Assembly (NCBI GenBank): GCA_020137815.1
Contig: CM035357.1
Location: forward strand, 1,240,001 to 1,304,000
Length of the DNA stretch: 64,000 nucleotides
Source: Hormiphora californensis
Taxonomy: Eukaryota > Animalia > Ctenophora
Reading direction: 5' to 3'
In this document: positions 1 to 10,650 of the stretch, piece after piece
How positions within the stretch are numbered: position 1 is the stretch's first letter
How the letters are laid out: each line of letters begins with the position of its first letter
Position numbers and translations under genes: made by a program
The notes under the pieces: model-generated
Database searches by the model: none
Told to the model about the DNA's origin: nothing
What the model saw: the letters and a program-made list of their open reading frames with translations, nothing else

Positions 1-674
1 TTGCGAATCTAGAATGGGAGGGAAGAGAAAATGTGTTAATGGTGAACGCTGAAGGTTGTTTTAAATATTTTACAATTTGGGGGCTGCGGTACCGTGCTTC
101 TACCCAGGCAGACGCACACAATACAATACAATACAATACAAAATAAACATTTATAGTCCGCTCTTTAACTGTCCGTTTTACGGTTCAGCACAAGTTCTGC
201 TGTTGGAAGAAGAAAAATTCATCATTCCATCCTCTTTCATCCCCAACAGCCCTCGCTCCAAAAGCGGCTAGTTTTACTACAAGATTATGATTTTTTTCTT
301 ATCTTCTGAAAGATGTTTTGTTAATATATTTGGAAGGTTGAGAAAATAATTTAGGGGATCCTATCACTGCAGAAAATGCAGTAGTGCATATAATATCCTT
401 GAAGGATCTAAAAGATCCAAAAGAAGCAAATTGAAGACCGCCCCTATCGGGGATACTGATACTAGGATACCTATACTGAAACCTGTGTGCTTAGTTGCAC
501 ATAAAATACTCGAAGAAGATGTATCATGTATCATGTAGCATTTCCAATTTCCAGTAATTCAGTTGACCAATTTGGAGTAGTAGAAGCCACTTGCCAACTG
601 CTTTAACACTGACAAGTCCTCACATATCATTCTATTCTCGCAAGCTCTCTTTTTTTTTTCTTTTTTTTTAGGAC

Positions 675-712
<38 letters not shown>

Positions 713-998
713 CTTTTTTTTTTTCATCGGGATGTTTTTTATATTCACACGTTTTTCTCGCTTTTTTGTTGTTGTCTTTTTTTTTTTTTTTTTTTTTTTT
801 TTCCCTTTTGATATCAAATGTTACAAAATAAACAAACCAATCATTAGCAGTAAGGGTCAGTTTAGAGGATAGAGGAAAGAGAGGGAAAAATAAATACTGA
901 CCATTCCAGCTTCACTTAGTTCACGCTACACACGTTACATATACTCATACACATCACTCTGTCACAATTGTCCATGTTTCATACCGGAAATGGGTCCT

Positions 999-3611
999 TC
1001 AACATTTGTAGGTTTTTTTGAAGAAGTGAGTCTTTAGGTTGGCTTTAAAGGATAGGACGGATGTATTTTCACGTAGAAGTTTCGGCAGGTCGTTCCACAC
1101 TGCTGGCGCAGCGACACTAAAGGCTCCTTTGCTCGAGCAATAACGGGTGTATTTCCTTTCAAGATATGTTATGTCCATATCACGCCGGAGATTCTTCAGC
1201 TTGTGCTTCCGACGCTGTACCAGTTCAGAAAGATACGTCGGTGCTAGACCGTTTAGGGCTTTGTAGGTCAATAAGCATAGCTTGTAGTTAATTCTTTCCT
1301 TAACCGGTAGAAAATGAAGCTGTCTTCGAATGTCTGATGTGCTATGAAGAGATCGGCGTCCCGTGATGAATCTTGTGGCAGCGTTTTGAACCTTTTGTAA
1401 CCTCCCGAGGTCTTTAGCAGATGCTCCCGCAAGTAGACTATTGCAGTAATCAAGCCTACTGTGTACAAGGGTGTTGACTAGCTTCACTTTGAGGTCGATA
1501 GTTAGTGTATTACCTATCTTCCAAAGATTCAGGAGACACAGATTGCATGCTCTTACCGTTTTTGAAACGTTTCCAGTTAGTGAAAGCTCCGAATCAAGGA
1601 AAACACCAAGGTTTCGCACCAGTGGGGCTGGAACAGATGGATCTTGGTCGTCTAGTGCTTTTATAGCTTCTGGATTCGCTTCTTTGTCGTGTTTGTTTCT
1701 AAGAACGATGAATTCAGTTTTCGAAGGATTTAGTCGAAGAAAGTTGTCTGCCATCCACACCTTGATATGGTTGAGACATTCCTGAAGTGTCTTTTCCAAG
1801 TCAACTAGTTTGTTGTTGGTAAATGAAACATAGAGCTGCGTATCGTCAGCATATAGCTCTACTAGTAAACCATAGTGCTTAGCGATACTCTCAAGTTCTT
1901 TGGTATAGAGAATGAACAAAAGGGGCCCTAAGATGGATCCTTGAGGAACTCCGATGGTTATAGCCACTGGCGATGAGGTCGAGTTTCCAACTTTTACCGA
2001 GGCCTTTCTGTCCGTCAGGTAGGACTCAAACCAGGAGAGAGCAGTCCCTGTCACACCATAGTTCCTTTTCAGCTTCCCCAGGAGTATCTTGTGATTGATG
2101 GTATCGAAAGCAGCGCTCAAGTCTAAAAGTACTAGGATTGCCTTGGATTTCTCGTCGGTAATGAGCAGGAGATCGTTGACCACCTTCACAAGAGTGGTCT
2201 CAGTGCTGTGATGTGTTCTGTAAGCTGATTGCACTCCTGGAAACAAATTATTCTCCTCCAGATGCTCAGTTAATTGGGCCGCCGCACATTTCTCGATGAT
2301 CTTCGAGATGAAGGATAAATTAGAAACAGGACGGTAATTCTTCATATCCTCGGGACTGTCCTTTTTCTTGAAAGATGGCCTAACCAGGGATTGTTTCAGC
2401 ATTTCAGGGAATCTTCCCTCTTGAAGGCTTCCATTGACAATGTCAGATATAATAGGTAATAGTTGCGGTAAGAGTCCCACTAGAGTTCGAGTAGGTATCG
2501 GATCAAGATCACAGTGCTTCTTGCTCATCGACGTTATAATAGCAGTGAGATCCTCATCACTCACTTTCTTGAAAGAGGAGAAGGAATTTCCTTTAAAGGT
2601 GGTTTCCTCGGAAAGGTCAGGAACACATCCATTAAGTGCTTTCTCGACTTTAATCATCTCATAGATGTTTTCGATCTTTGATTTAAAGTAAGCACTAAAT
2701 TTGTTCGCTGCTTCTTCATCCGACCATCCACTTGGTAGTTCCTGAGGGATCTTGTCTTTACCAAGAAGCTTGTTTATGATACCGCTTACCGCTGCTGGAT
2801 CATCAGCAACCAGTTTCAGTTTTTCACGGTAGTAGGATACTCTGGTTTTCGTAATAAACCTAGAAGTTTCATCGGTGAAGTTTTTCAGGGCTATCCATGC
2901 ATCGCTGTAGTCCGATTTCTTCTTAGCTTTCTTAAGGGCAGTTTTGAACGCTCTCTCGTATTTTCTGCGAGTTCGTTTGGCATCAACACACTCTTTAGTG
3001 TACCAGGGTGGATTATCTGATTCTTTAACAGTCATCTCCTCAACTGGGGCTAATTCATCGAGGATATTCATCAGAGTATCATAATACAGCCGTAAGCAGT
3101 CTTCTAGTTCAGTAGGTCTCAGCGGGTAGACTAGCGAGGAATCTGCTATTTTAGAAGAAAGGGCCTCCAGGGTTACGTTTTTCATCTTTCTGCTCGTTAC
3201 CACTTTTCTTTTCTCGGTGTCAGGTCTACCCACATGGAGATGGAAGGTTACTGCATAATGATCTGAAACTGCCGATCTCGCGACCTCCATAGCACTGATT
3301 GGTGGGCTAGCCTCATCGTCTCTGCTGATGACAAGGTCAAGTGTCCCTCCAGCGACGTGCGTAGGGTCTTCCACGTGTTGTATCCATCTTTCATCAAGAA
3401 GTATCTCGTTAAAGGCTTTAGACGTTGGATCGTTTTCATCCTCAGTGTGGATGTTGAAATCTCCAAGAATCAAGGGATGACCACTTAGTCCATTTAGAGT
3501 CGAAATGTATTCCTCAAACTCAATCAAGAAGTCCTTTTTTGAGGTAGAAGGTGGCCGATATACAACCACTAGTCTTGTCCTTTGGAGGTTTCCTCCTTCA
3601 ACGGTAGCTTG
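999..3611 (-). CDS. LINE ORF2, 3' part (C-terminal APE endonuclease + reverse transcriptase)
   Basis: Motifs VYRPP, LGDFN, TLDLV, SDHY (APE); YRPVSNLSFISK, LDLSAAFDT, GVPQGSILGP, YADDTQLY, LNPSKTE, SRLDYCNSLL (L2-type RT and C-terminus). Confidence 0.95.
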   Translation of the reverse strand, partial: QATVEGGNLQRTRLVVVYRPPSTSKKDFLIEFEEYISTLNGLSGHPLILGDFNIHTEDENDPTSKAFNEILLDERWIQHVEDPTHVAGGTLDLVISRDDEASPPISAMEVARSAVSDHYAVTFHLHVGRPDTEKRKVVTSRKMKNVTLEALSSKIADSSLVYPLRPTELEDCLRLYYDTLMNILDELAPVEEMTVKESDNPPWYTKECVDAKRTRRKYERAFKTALKKAKKKSDYSDAWIALKNFTDETSRFITKTRVSYYREKLKLVADDPAAVSGIINKLLGKDKIPQELPSGWSDEEAANKFSAYFKSKIENIYEMIKVEKALNGCVPDLSEETTFKGNSFSSFKKVSDEDLTAIITSMSKKHCDLDPIPTRTLVGLLPQLLPIISDIVNGSLQEGRFPEMLKQSLVRPSFKKKDSPEDMKNYRPVSNLSFISKIIEKCAAAQLTEHLEENNLFPGVQSAYRTHHSTETTLVKVVNDLLLITDEKSKAILVLLDLSAAFDTINHKILLGKLKRNYGVTGTALSWFESYLTDRKASVKVGNSTSSPVAITIGVPQGSILGPLLFILYTKELESIAKHYGLLVELYADDTQLYVSFTNNKLVDLEKTLQECLNHIKVWMADNFLRLNPSKTEFIVLRNKHDKEANPEAIKALDDQDPSVPAPLVRNLGVFLDSELSLTGNVSKTVRACNLCLLNLWKIGNTLTIDLKVKLVNTLVHSRLDYCNSLLAGASAKDLGRLQKVQNAATRFITGRRSLHSTSDIRRQLHFLPVKERINYKLCLLTYKALNGLAPTYLSELVQRRKHKLKNLRRDMDITYLERKYTRYCSSKGAFSVAAPAVWNDLPKLLRENTSVLSFKANLKTHFFKKTYKC

Positions 3612-4097
3612 TGGTGCAGAACTGGGCCAGCCCTGTGTGTTTGTGTGTGCGTGTGTGTGGGAATGTGTGTTTGTGTGTGCGTGTGTGTGAGAATGTGTGT
3701 TTGTGTCTGTGTCCTATCGCGAAGGTGCTTGTTTTGACGCTGAGTTCTATTAAAAGTACAGCATCTTCGCGCGCGTGTGTGTGTCGCTTTGGTGACACGC
3801 GCGCGCGTTTTCTGAGATCTGAGAGAGAAGAGCGAGGTGTGTTTTGAGAGTGAGTTTTTCTTTTGGTCGGAGCGAAGCAACTTTCAAAAGCGTGTGTTCT
3901 CTTAGTCAACTGAACTGTAACAATCCTTTACCGTTACTTTTACATTCACAAAAATAAAAGACAACGTGTTTACTTTCGCCTTTACGCTCCAGCTGACGGG
4001 TACGCCCCATACGTGTCACGAAACCACCCCAAGAACGTCCCTTTCCAAACGCCCCCTTTACAGAGCAACCCCTTTCGGCCGTCCTTACTTTACACCA
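3612..4097 (+). repeat. 5' LTR
   Basis: Direct repeat of 11871-12356 with two substitutions seen by eye; TG...CA ends; 30-bp TG-rich internal tandem repeat; TATA-like TATTAAAA 3748-3755; AATAAA 3953-3958. Confidence 0.97.
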
Positions 4098-4099
4098 AC

Positions 4100-4116
4100 T
4101 GGTGAGCTTCAAAACG
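4100..4116 (+). promoter_or_regulatory. Putative primer-binding site (TGGTGAGCTTCAAAACG); tRNA not assigned
   Basis: TGG (complement of tRNA CCA) starts 2 nt after the 5' LTR end. Confidence 0.65.
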
Positions 4117-4123
4117 TTTACTG

Positions 4124-5563
4124 ATGTCACGGAATCACGTCAGTAATGTCAGCCTGAGCCAAGAGCCATTGTCACAGTGGGACACAATTGACCTCTTCTC
4201 GATTGCCGGTGACCAAACTCCGTTCGACCAGCGCCCACTAGAAACATACCTGGCAGATTTGGACATTTCACGAGTTGAGCCAGAACGGAAACCACTGACC
4301 TCGCGACATGCATTTGCGTCAAGAATCGTGTCAAGTTCTCCACAACGAGAGCAAAGTTTCCGAATCCCTGAAGATAAGCCCAGGATACCAGAGAAAAGAA
4401 TGTCACGAACTTTGGACCGATCAAGAGCTCTGAGTTGCCGAAGCACGTCATCTAACAAGCCAAACGTGCCCAGAAACCCCGTGGTAGTTCCAGCAAGTCG
4501 ACCAGTAGCAGATCAACGGAACGTCCAACCAACTCAAGTCGACCAAAACAGATACAGAACTCCTCCCTCCGGAATAAAACCACCAAAGTTCAAGGAAGGA
4601 AATAGTCTGAAATCGTACCTGAAGAGATTTGAAGATTATCTGTCAATGGCGACCGAGAACCCTCAGGATGTGCGTGGAATCCTACTTAACTGCTTAAAGT
4701 GCGATGCCACCTATGATCGGATACGCCGTCTGAAGTTCAGCCAAGAAGAAATGGCCAATCCACACAAGTTGCTACAATTCATCCGTGATGCTATCCTGAA
4801 TGACGCTGCCATTGCTGAGACAAATCGTTTAGAACTGAAGGACATTAAACAGGATGAACACGAGTCGGTATCTGACTTTGCAGAGAGAATCCATCGGGCA
4901 GCAGAGCTTGCGTTCCCAGGTGAGTCCGATGATCGTGTGAACGCAAACAAGATAGACGCTCTACAAGATGGTCTTCATGACCGTGATGTTGCTAAGGATG
5001 TCTGTGACTGGAAGAAACAGGACGTCGCTTTTGAAACTCTGGTTGCAGAAGCTGAGAGAGCAGCGACGCAGAACAAAATCTTCAAGAGAGGCGGTGCTGA
5101 TTATGGAGCCACTGTTTATGCAATTCGGAGTGACGGACGAATGAGCCAAAACCAGCCTTACCAGAGAAAGAGTTGGAATCCGTGCAAGTTCTGTAAGAAG
5201 ACGAACCACACGGAAGCAAACTGTAGGTTCAAGATAACTTGCCAAATATGTGGTCAAGACCTACATGAAGCCAGAAACTGTCCCGTGCTAGCGAGCACTA
5301 TCCAAACCGATGTTAACCCGATGCAGAATCAGCAGACCATGAACTTCCGACCCCAGACATTCACAACTGGTAACAGAAGACAAGCCACATCGTCAGTGCC
5401 TGGAACGAGAGAACATGATCGAGCCAACGGTCTATGCTATGTTTGTCATCAGAATGGACACCTCAGCAGAAATTGCCAGAACCGAGGATGGCAGTTAAAC
5501 GAGAGAGCGGTCGGAGATTTTCACAACGCGGACACACACCAGAACTCCGGCCGCGCCAATTAA
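4124..5563 (+). CDS. gag: Gypsy Gag with three CCHC zinc knuckles
   Basis: Capsid-like IKPPKFKEG...YLKRFE and LKDIKQDEHESVSDFAERI; CKFCKKTNHTEANC, CQICGQDLHEARNC, CYVCHQNGHLSRNC. Confidence 0.93.
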   Translation: MSRNHVSNVSLSQEPLSQWDTIDLFSIAGDQTPFDQRPLETYLADLDISRVEPERKPLTSRHAFASRIVSSSPQREQSFRIPEDKPRIPEKRMSRTLDRSRALSCRSTSSNKPNVPRNPVVVPASRPVADQRNVQPTQVDQNRYRTPPSGIKPPKFKEGNSLKSYLKRFEDYLSMATENPQDVRGILLNCLKCDATYDRIRRLKFSQEEMANPHKLLQFIRDAILNDAAIAETNRLELKDIKQDEHESVSDFAERIHRAAELAFPGESDDRVNANKIDALQDGLHDRDVAKDVCDWKKQDVAFETLVAEAERAATQNKIFKRGGADYGATVYAIRSDGRMSQNQPYQRKSWNPCKFCKKTNHTEANCRFKITCQICGQDLHEARNCPVLASTIQTDVNPMQNQQTMNFRPQTFTTGNRRQATSSVPGTREHDRANGLCYVCHQNGHLSRNCQNRGWQLNERAVGDFHNADTHQNSGRAN

Positions 5564-8500
5564 TTGAGCGGACAGTGACCCCGGCACAGAAGAAGGAAAT
5601 CGAGGAAAACAGGGTGACCACACCCGAATCTGTGCCGGTAAAATGCGTCTGGGATTCACCACGATCAGACAAGGTGTATCCTAGAGAGGAAGAAGGAGAT
5701 ACAGCAACATCTTTAAACAGTACACAAGCTGTAGCGGGTACCGAAGTAGCACCCGATGAGAATGATAAAGGTCTTTCCACAGCATCTGATGTGGACTCAA
5801 AGGAACTCGTAATCACTCCTAAGTCTTCCCCAAGAACAAAGAAAACGGAAAAAGTGGTCATCCGAAAGCAGGAGAAGAATCAATCCCACACTGACGTGAG
5901 CGATGAGAAAAATGAAATAGTCGATAGTTCAGCAGTGGTTGAGGTCGAGGGCAACAATGAGGACGATGTTATCCCTGAACCCAAGACCAAACGGAAGAAA
6001 AAGAGAAACAAGAGGAGCAAGGCAGCGAAAGTGAAAGCCCTCTCTGGAGAAGAAATACGGAAATCTCAAGAAATTATTGTAAACGGACTCATCCATGGCC
6101 CCGCATGGTGTGAGGATCAAACTAAACACCCGGTGCGCATGTTCATCGATACAGGAAGCCAAGTTAACCTTATTGACTGGACAACTGTATGTAAGTACGG
6201 GCTAGTGTCTGAGATCCGTGAGACAAACAGAAAGTTGAGAGATTTCAGCGGAAATCGGATACCTTGCAGAGGCGCCATCTCCTTGTGTATGATAGTCGGA
6301 GGAGCCACCATTAATCTGGTCAACTTCGTGGTGTGCGAAGGAATGGATACAGATATTCTATTAGGTGACCCATTCTGTCGTAGTACAGGAGCCGCCTTGG
6401 ACTATACGAACGCTGAACTAAGAGTCCCAAATGGTGAACCAGTACCTTTCCTGCCAAGACCAAGAAGCACCAAGAAGATTCTCCAGATAAGGTGGGGAGA
6501 AACTACCACAATACCACCTCATACTATGGGGTATGTCGTAGGATCCCTGAAGGAAGATTGTCTAGGTGATACGATCGGTCTTGTCTCAACTGATTGGTCA
6601 CGGAAAAATAATGGCCTACTCATTGGTGACGCAATTGCCGAAGCTATGGAAGGAGACATTCCCATGAGAGTTTTGAACTTTAGCGAGGAGCCGATAACCC
6701 TCCAAAGGGGTGATAAAGCCGCTAAATTCCGCCCAGTGCCAGAGTACGACCCTTATTCTAGAGTGGAATGGGAAGACCGAATCCAATTTCTCCGTGAGTC
6801 TGAGGAACCGGAAGTCGAGAAATGGACAAAGGAAGAACTATTCGAGCGTCTAAAAGTAAAAACTGCATCCAGGAACCTCACGAAACAACAGGCTCAAGAT
6901 CTACAAGACATCATTTGGGAACACAGGGACTGTTTTGCATACGATGAGTACGATCTCGGTTCCTGCAATATGTACAAAGCTACGATCAAGTTGAAGGAAG
7001 GGGCTACACCTCAGTGGACCCCTCCATTCCCTTGCCCATACAAGCTTGAGGGGGAGATGCAGAAAACAATCGATGAGATGGTGAAAACGAATGTGGTGGA
7101 GATCCTTCCGCAACGGTCAGATTGGAACTCACCAACATTCCTGGTACGAAAGAAAACACCTAAAGGGCAGCCTCAGCGTTACAGGCTTGTGTGCGACCTA
7201 AGGAACGTTAACAAGATGTGTATGCCAGCAAACTTCCCATTGGCTCATTTGGATCATGTCTTGGATAAAATCGGCCAGGACAAGATATTTTCTTCTTTTG
7301 ACCTCACCCGAGGATACTGGCAGCTTCCCTATGATGAATCCTCGAAACAGATCACTGCCTTCCTGTATAAGAACACCCAGTACGCATTCTCGAAGACAGT
7401 GATGGGACATCGATCATCCGGACCGTCCTTCTGTGATATGATGAATCGTCTGCTCGGATCCCTCCCGATTGAACAGGTTGTCCAATTTGTGGACGACCTC
7501 CTCCTGTCTTCGGTCACAGTTGACCAACATCTGGATCGATTGGAACGGCTACTCTCCAGATTGTACGGTGCGAACCTCAAAATTTCACCGGACAAAAGTC
7601 AGCTGATGAGAGATGCAGTTGATTTTGTTGGAGTTCGTGTCAGTGGTGGCGGTATAAGTATTACTGAAGACCGTGTAGCCGACCTCCTAGCACTCCGCGA
7701 ACCTGACTCAAAGAAAGAAGTGATGCAAGCGATGTGTGCATTAAACTACGTTAGGAAATGGATTCCAGGATACAGTTCCATCAGTAAGCCAATATTCGCT
7801 TCCATACGCGGAGGAAAGGAGCAGAAATTCAAATGGACAAAGGAATGTAGTGAAGCTTATGCGAAGCTGAAGCAACTCGTCGCGGAAAGTACACAGCTTG
7901 CAATACCAAATCCAGAAGATCCTTACAGCTCCTACGAGGTCACACTAGATGCCAGTGAGAAAGGTTTAGGCGCCTCCCTATCCCAGGAATTGGATACACC
8001 TGAAGGTGGTAGAGAACGAAGGATTGTCGCTTACTACAGCCGAGCTCTCCCCGAGTACAAGAGAGCACGGGGACAGACGAAGCTGGAGTTCGAGGCTCTG
8101 TTCGCAGCAATCCAGCACTGGACCATATATCTTTATAACGTGAAACAGTTTGTCGTCATAACAGACTGTTTATCCTTGGTAAAAGCCGAAGGTACCCTGT
8201 TCACGAAGCCAGACAACGCGGTAACCAAGAAAGTTATGAAGTTAGCCGAGTTCAACTTCAAACTCCAGCATTTAAGTGGCCAGGAAAACAAGATTTGTGA
8301 TTGGTTGTCAAGGTTCAGCCTGCCGCCAACCAAGATCGAAGCCGAAACACAAACGACACCTCAGACCCATGAAGATTTGACTAAAGTTGTCAAGGTTGTA
8401 AATCTATGTGATAGAAACAACGAAGAGATGCAACAAGATGTCATCCGAAAGATACCTGAGGATCGTCACAACTCCACAGAGTCCGAAGCAGACACAGAGT

Positions 8501-10650
8501 CCAACCATGAAGACTGCTCGAGTAGCAGCGTGGATACAGGAACGTACATGTCTACTGAAGATTCCTCTGAAGACATATCTCTGTCGACAATACGAGTTAA
8601 CAGTGTGAGCGAGTGCGAAGTCTTTTTCATAAAGAGCACTCAGTTTCCTGCAGCATCGTACGTCACGGAATATGAATACTTCAGTAATGAAGACAAGCCA
8701 CCCACCCAATCAGATGAAGACAGCCACCCGCAACATGAGAGTATTGGCTCTGAAGAAACTCTAGGCCTTTGTAAAATACTCAACGATTTGGTGAGCTGTG
8801 AAGAAATAAGCACCTGTCCAGAAAAAGTCATGACTGAAAATAACGAAGGAGAAGAAAAAGAATGGTCATATGAGCAGGAGATTCATTGTTTATGCGCAGA
8901 GCAAGAATCTCACTTTCCGTCAGGATCCGGAAGGATCGCGTCGATCCAGCAAAGCGGTGTACAGATCCCCGTAGTTGGAAAGACCTGGACTGATTGGGAG
9001 ACTGTCCAGGAGAAAGATGACATGCTAAAGTTAGTGAGAAAATGGGTGAGTGACGGGAATAGACAAGTGGTACAAGCCAACAGGGCCCCACCTGATCTAG
9101 AGTCTTTGTGGAAACAGTACCAGCTCCTCCGGATAGAGGATGGTGTATTGCAAAGAAAATGGCTCGATCTCAAGACAAATGATTCCAAATGGCTGATTGT
9201 GGTACCTATGAAGGAGCGAGATGAGCTTATCAGACAGGCTCATGACTTCCACACAGGTCACGCCGGAGTCAGTGCAACAGTTGATCACCTACGAAGAAAC
9301 TTTTACTGGCCGGCCCAGCCCAAACAAGTCGGACTATACATCGGTCAGTGTGTAAATTGTGCCTCAAACAAACAGCGTCAACAGACCTTCCAAGCCGAGA
9401 TGGCCACATTTGTGTGTCACGAGTTCAACGCCGTTATTGTAATCGATCATATCGTTCCAGAAGCCCGTGGATCGACGATAAGAGGCAACAAGAACGTCCT
9501 AACAATTACAGACGTTTATTCAAACTTTCTAGTTGCAGTGCCTACGAAGACCCAAACATCCGTTGAGAGCCGTGAGAAAATTCTCGCTCATTGGATCTGG
9601 AAATTTGGTTGGCCGAGAGAAATAATCTGTGATCAACATCAGAACTTCAATGGCAAAGAATTCAAAGATTTCTTCGAAAAACTGAACGTAAAAGTTCAAC
9701 CCGGCCAAGCCTATTCAGCCCGCAGTACTGGACGTGCTGAAAATAGCAACAAAAAGATTGATCGAATTCTCAGAGCGACCCTGTTCGAGTCCAACCCTAA
9801 AGATTGGGATTTGCATCTTGATCAAGTGTGCTTCAAGCTAAACAACACCAGATCTAGAAGAACAGGCTTCACGGCACACAGGATTGTCTTTGGCACAGAA
9901 CCGAACATGCCTGATGCCTTACATCTCCGCCGAACCATAGACAGAGAGAATAAGACTCCAAATATGGACATTCCAACATCCGTCTACCATCGCTACAGAG
10001 AGATCTGCAACTTAAGCTACAAGATCAGGCAAAACGTCAATGAAGACCTGATAGCGGCCAAAAAGCAATTCAACAAGAGGCTCAATGACCCGGAATTAGC
10101 AGTTGGAGATCAAGTTTTGGTAAAAATCCCGTGCCCAGTACATAAATTTGGGCCTAGATTCAGTGGACCTTTTCCAGTGAGCCAAGTGCTCAGCCCCTAC
10201 CTCTACAGAGTGAAGATGAGCGTAGGAGACAAGGTTATTGGTGTGGGAAAGTTGAAGTTATTTGCACGCAACGGCAAAACGGTAGAGTGTAAAAATTCGG
10301 AGAAACTGAAGGAAACCGAATCAAACCCACCAATGATGCCAGTTCTAGTTCAGCATGCAAATGCAGATCACCCGGATTGTAACGAAACTTCAGTTGAAAT
10401 CGTGCCAACACCAGAGAAACCCGAAGCTGATCAAAAGATAGCGGAAACATCTTCTCCATCACCAGAGCAACCCGAAGATGACCATGATACAGCGGAAACA
10501 TCTTCTCCAACACCAGAGCAACCCGAAGATGACCATGATACAGCGGAAACACCTTCTCCAGACCAAACCTCTCCGCCAGTTACAGGAGGAAATGACCGGA
10601 GAATCAGGCTTCGAGCTCATGTCAAACCACCTGACCGATTCAGGGGTTAG
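5434..10650 (+). CDS. pol: Gypsy Pol (protease, degenerate dUTPase-like insert, RT, RNase H, integrase), in the -1 frame to gag
   Basis: FIDTGS (PR); WNSPTFLV, YRLVCDLR, FDLTRGYWQL, QFVDDLL (RT); LDASEKGLGA...TDC...DWLSR (RH); HDFHTGH...CVNC, D..D35E, RFSGPF (INT). Confidence 0.97.
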   Translation: MLCLSSEWTPQQKLPEPRMAVKRESGRRFSQRGHTPELRPRQLIERTVTPAQKKEIEENRVTTPESVPVKCVWDSPRSDKVYPREEEGDTATSLNSTQAVAGTEVAPDENDKGLSTASDVDSKELVITPKSSPRTKKTEKVVIRKQEKNQSHTDVSDEKNEIVDSSAVVEVEGNNEDDVIPEPKTKRKKKRNKRSKAAKVKALSGEEIRKSQEIIVNGLIHGPAWCEDQTKHPVRMFIDTGSQVNLIDWTTVCKYGLVSEIRETNRKLRDFSGNRIPCRGAISLCMIVGGATINLVNFVVCEGMDTDILLGDPFCRSTGAALDYTNAELRVPNGEPVPFLPRPRSTKKILQIRWGETTTIPPHTMGYVVGSLKEDCLGDTIGLVSTDWSRKNNGLLIGDAIAEAMEGDIPMRVLNFSEEPITLQRGDKAAKFRPVPEYDPYSRVEWEDRIQFLRESEEPEVEKWTKEELFERLKVKTASRNLTKQQAQDLQDIIWEHRDCFAYDEYDLGSCNMYKATIKLKEGATPQWTPPFPCPYKLEGEMQKTIDEMVKTNVVEILPQRSDWNSPTFLVRKKTPKGQPQRYRLVCDLRNVNKMCMPANFPLAHLDHVLDKIGQDKIFSSFDLTRGYWQLPYDESSKQITAFLYKNTQYAFSKTVMGHRSSGPSFCDMMNRLLGSLPIEQVVQFVDDLLLSSVTVDQHLDRLERLLSRLYGANLKISPDKSQLMRDAVDFVGVRVSGGGISITEDRVADLLALREPDSKKEVMQAMCALNYVRKWIPGYSSISKPIFASIRGGKEQKFKWTKECSEAYAKLKQLVAESTQLAIPNPEDPYSSYEVTLDASEKGLGASLSQELDTPEGGRERRIVAYYSRALPEYKRARGQTKLEFEALFAAIQHWTIYLYNVKQFVVITDCLSLVKAEGTLFTKPDNAVTKKVMKLAEFNFKLQHLSGQENKICDWLSRFSLPPTKIEAETQTTPQTHEDLTKVVKVVNLCDRNNEEMQQDVIRKIPEDRHNSTESEADTESNHEDCSSSSVDTGTYMSTEDSSEDISLSTIRVNSVSECEVFFIKSTQFPAASYVTEYEYFSNEDKPPTQSDEDSHPQHESIGSEETLGLCKILNDLVSCEEISTCPEKVMTENNEGEEKEWSYEQEIHCLCAEQESHFPSGSGRIASIQQSGVQIPVVGKTWTDWETVQEKDDMLKLVRKWVSDGNRQVVQANRAPPDLESLWKQYQLLRIEDGVLQRKWLDLKTNDSKWLIVVPMKERDELIRQAHDFHTGHAGVSATVDHLRRNFYWPAQPKQVGLYIGQCVNCASNKQRQQTFQAEMATFVCHEFNAVIVIDHIVPEARGSTIRGNKNVLTITDVYSNFLVAVPTKTQTSVESREKILAHWIWKFGWPREIICDQHQNFNGKEFKDFFEKLNVKVQPGQAYSARSTGRAENSNKKIDRILRATLFESNPKDWDLHLDQVCFKLNNTRSRRTGFTAHRIVFGTEPNMPDALHLRRTIDRENKTPNMDIPTSVYHRYREICNLSYKIRQNVNEDLIAAKKQFNKRLNDPELAVGDQVLVKIPCPVHKFGPRFSGPFPVSQVLSPYLYRVKMSVGDKVIGVGKLKLFARNGKTVECKNSEKLKETESNPPMMPVLVQHANADHPDCNETSVEIVPTPEKPEADQKIAETSSPSPEQPEDDHDTAETSSPTPEQPEDDHDTAETPSPDQTSPPVTGGNDRRIRLRAHVKPPDRFRG
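5494..5554 (+). promoter_or_regulatory. gag-pol -1 frameshift signal: G_TTA_AAC, 6-nt spacer, 10-bp stem
   Basis: Slippery heptamer 5494-5500 in gag frame; GCGGTCGGAG (5507-5516) pairs with CTCCGGCCGC (5545-5554). Confidence 0.8.
10441..10560 (+). repeat. 51-bp coding tandem repeat (about 2.3 copies) in the Pol C-terminus
   Basis: AETSSPSPEQPEDDHDT / AETSSPTPEQPEDDHDT / AETPSP. Confidence 0.9.

Noticed and set aside
980-992. CATACCGGAAA shared with ~14592 as a LINE TSD
   Set aside because: The left copy is inside the LINE 3' UTR, upstream of the A tail; probably coincidental.
3569-4130. Short ORFs in both LTRs (HTRTHK repeats)
   Set aside because: Translations of the TG-rich LTR repeat.
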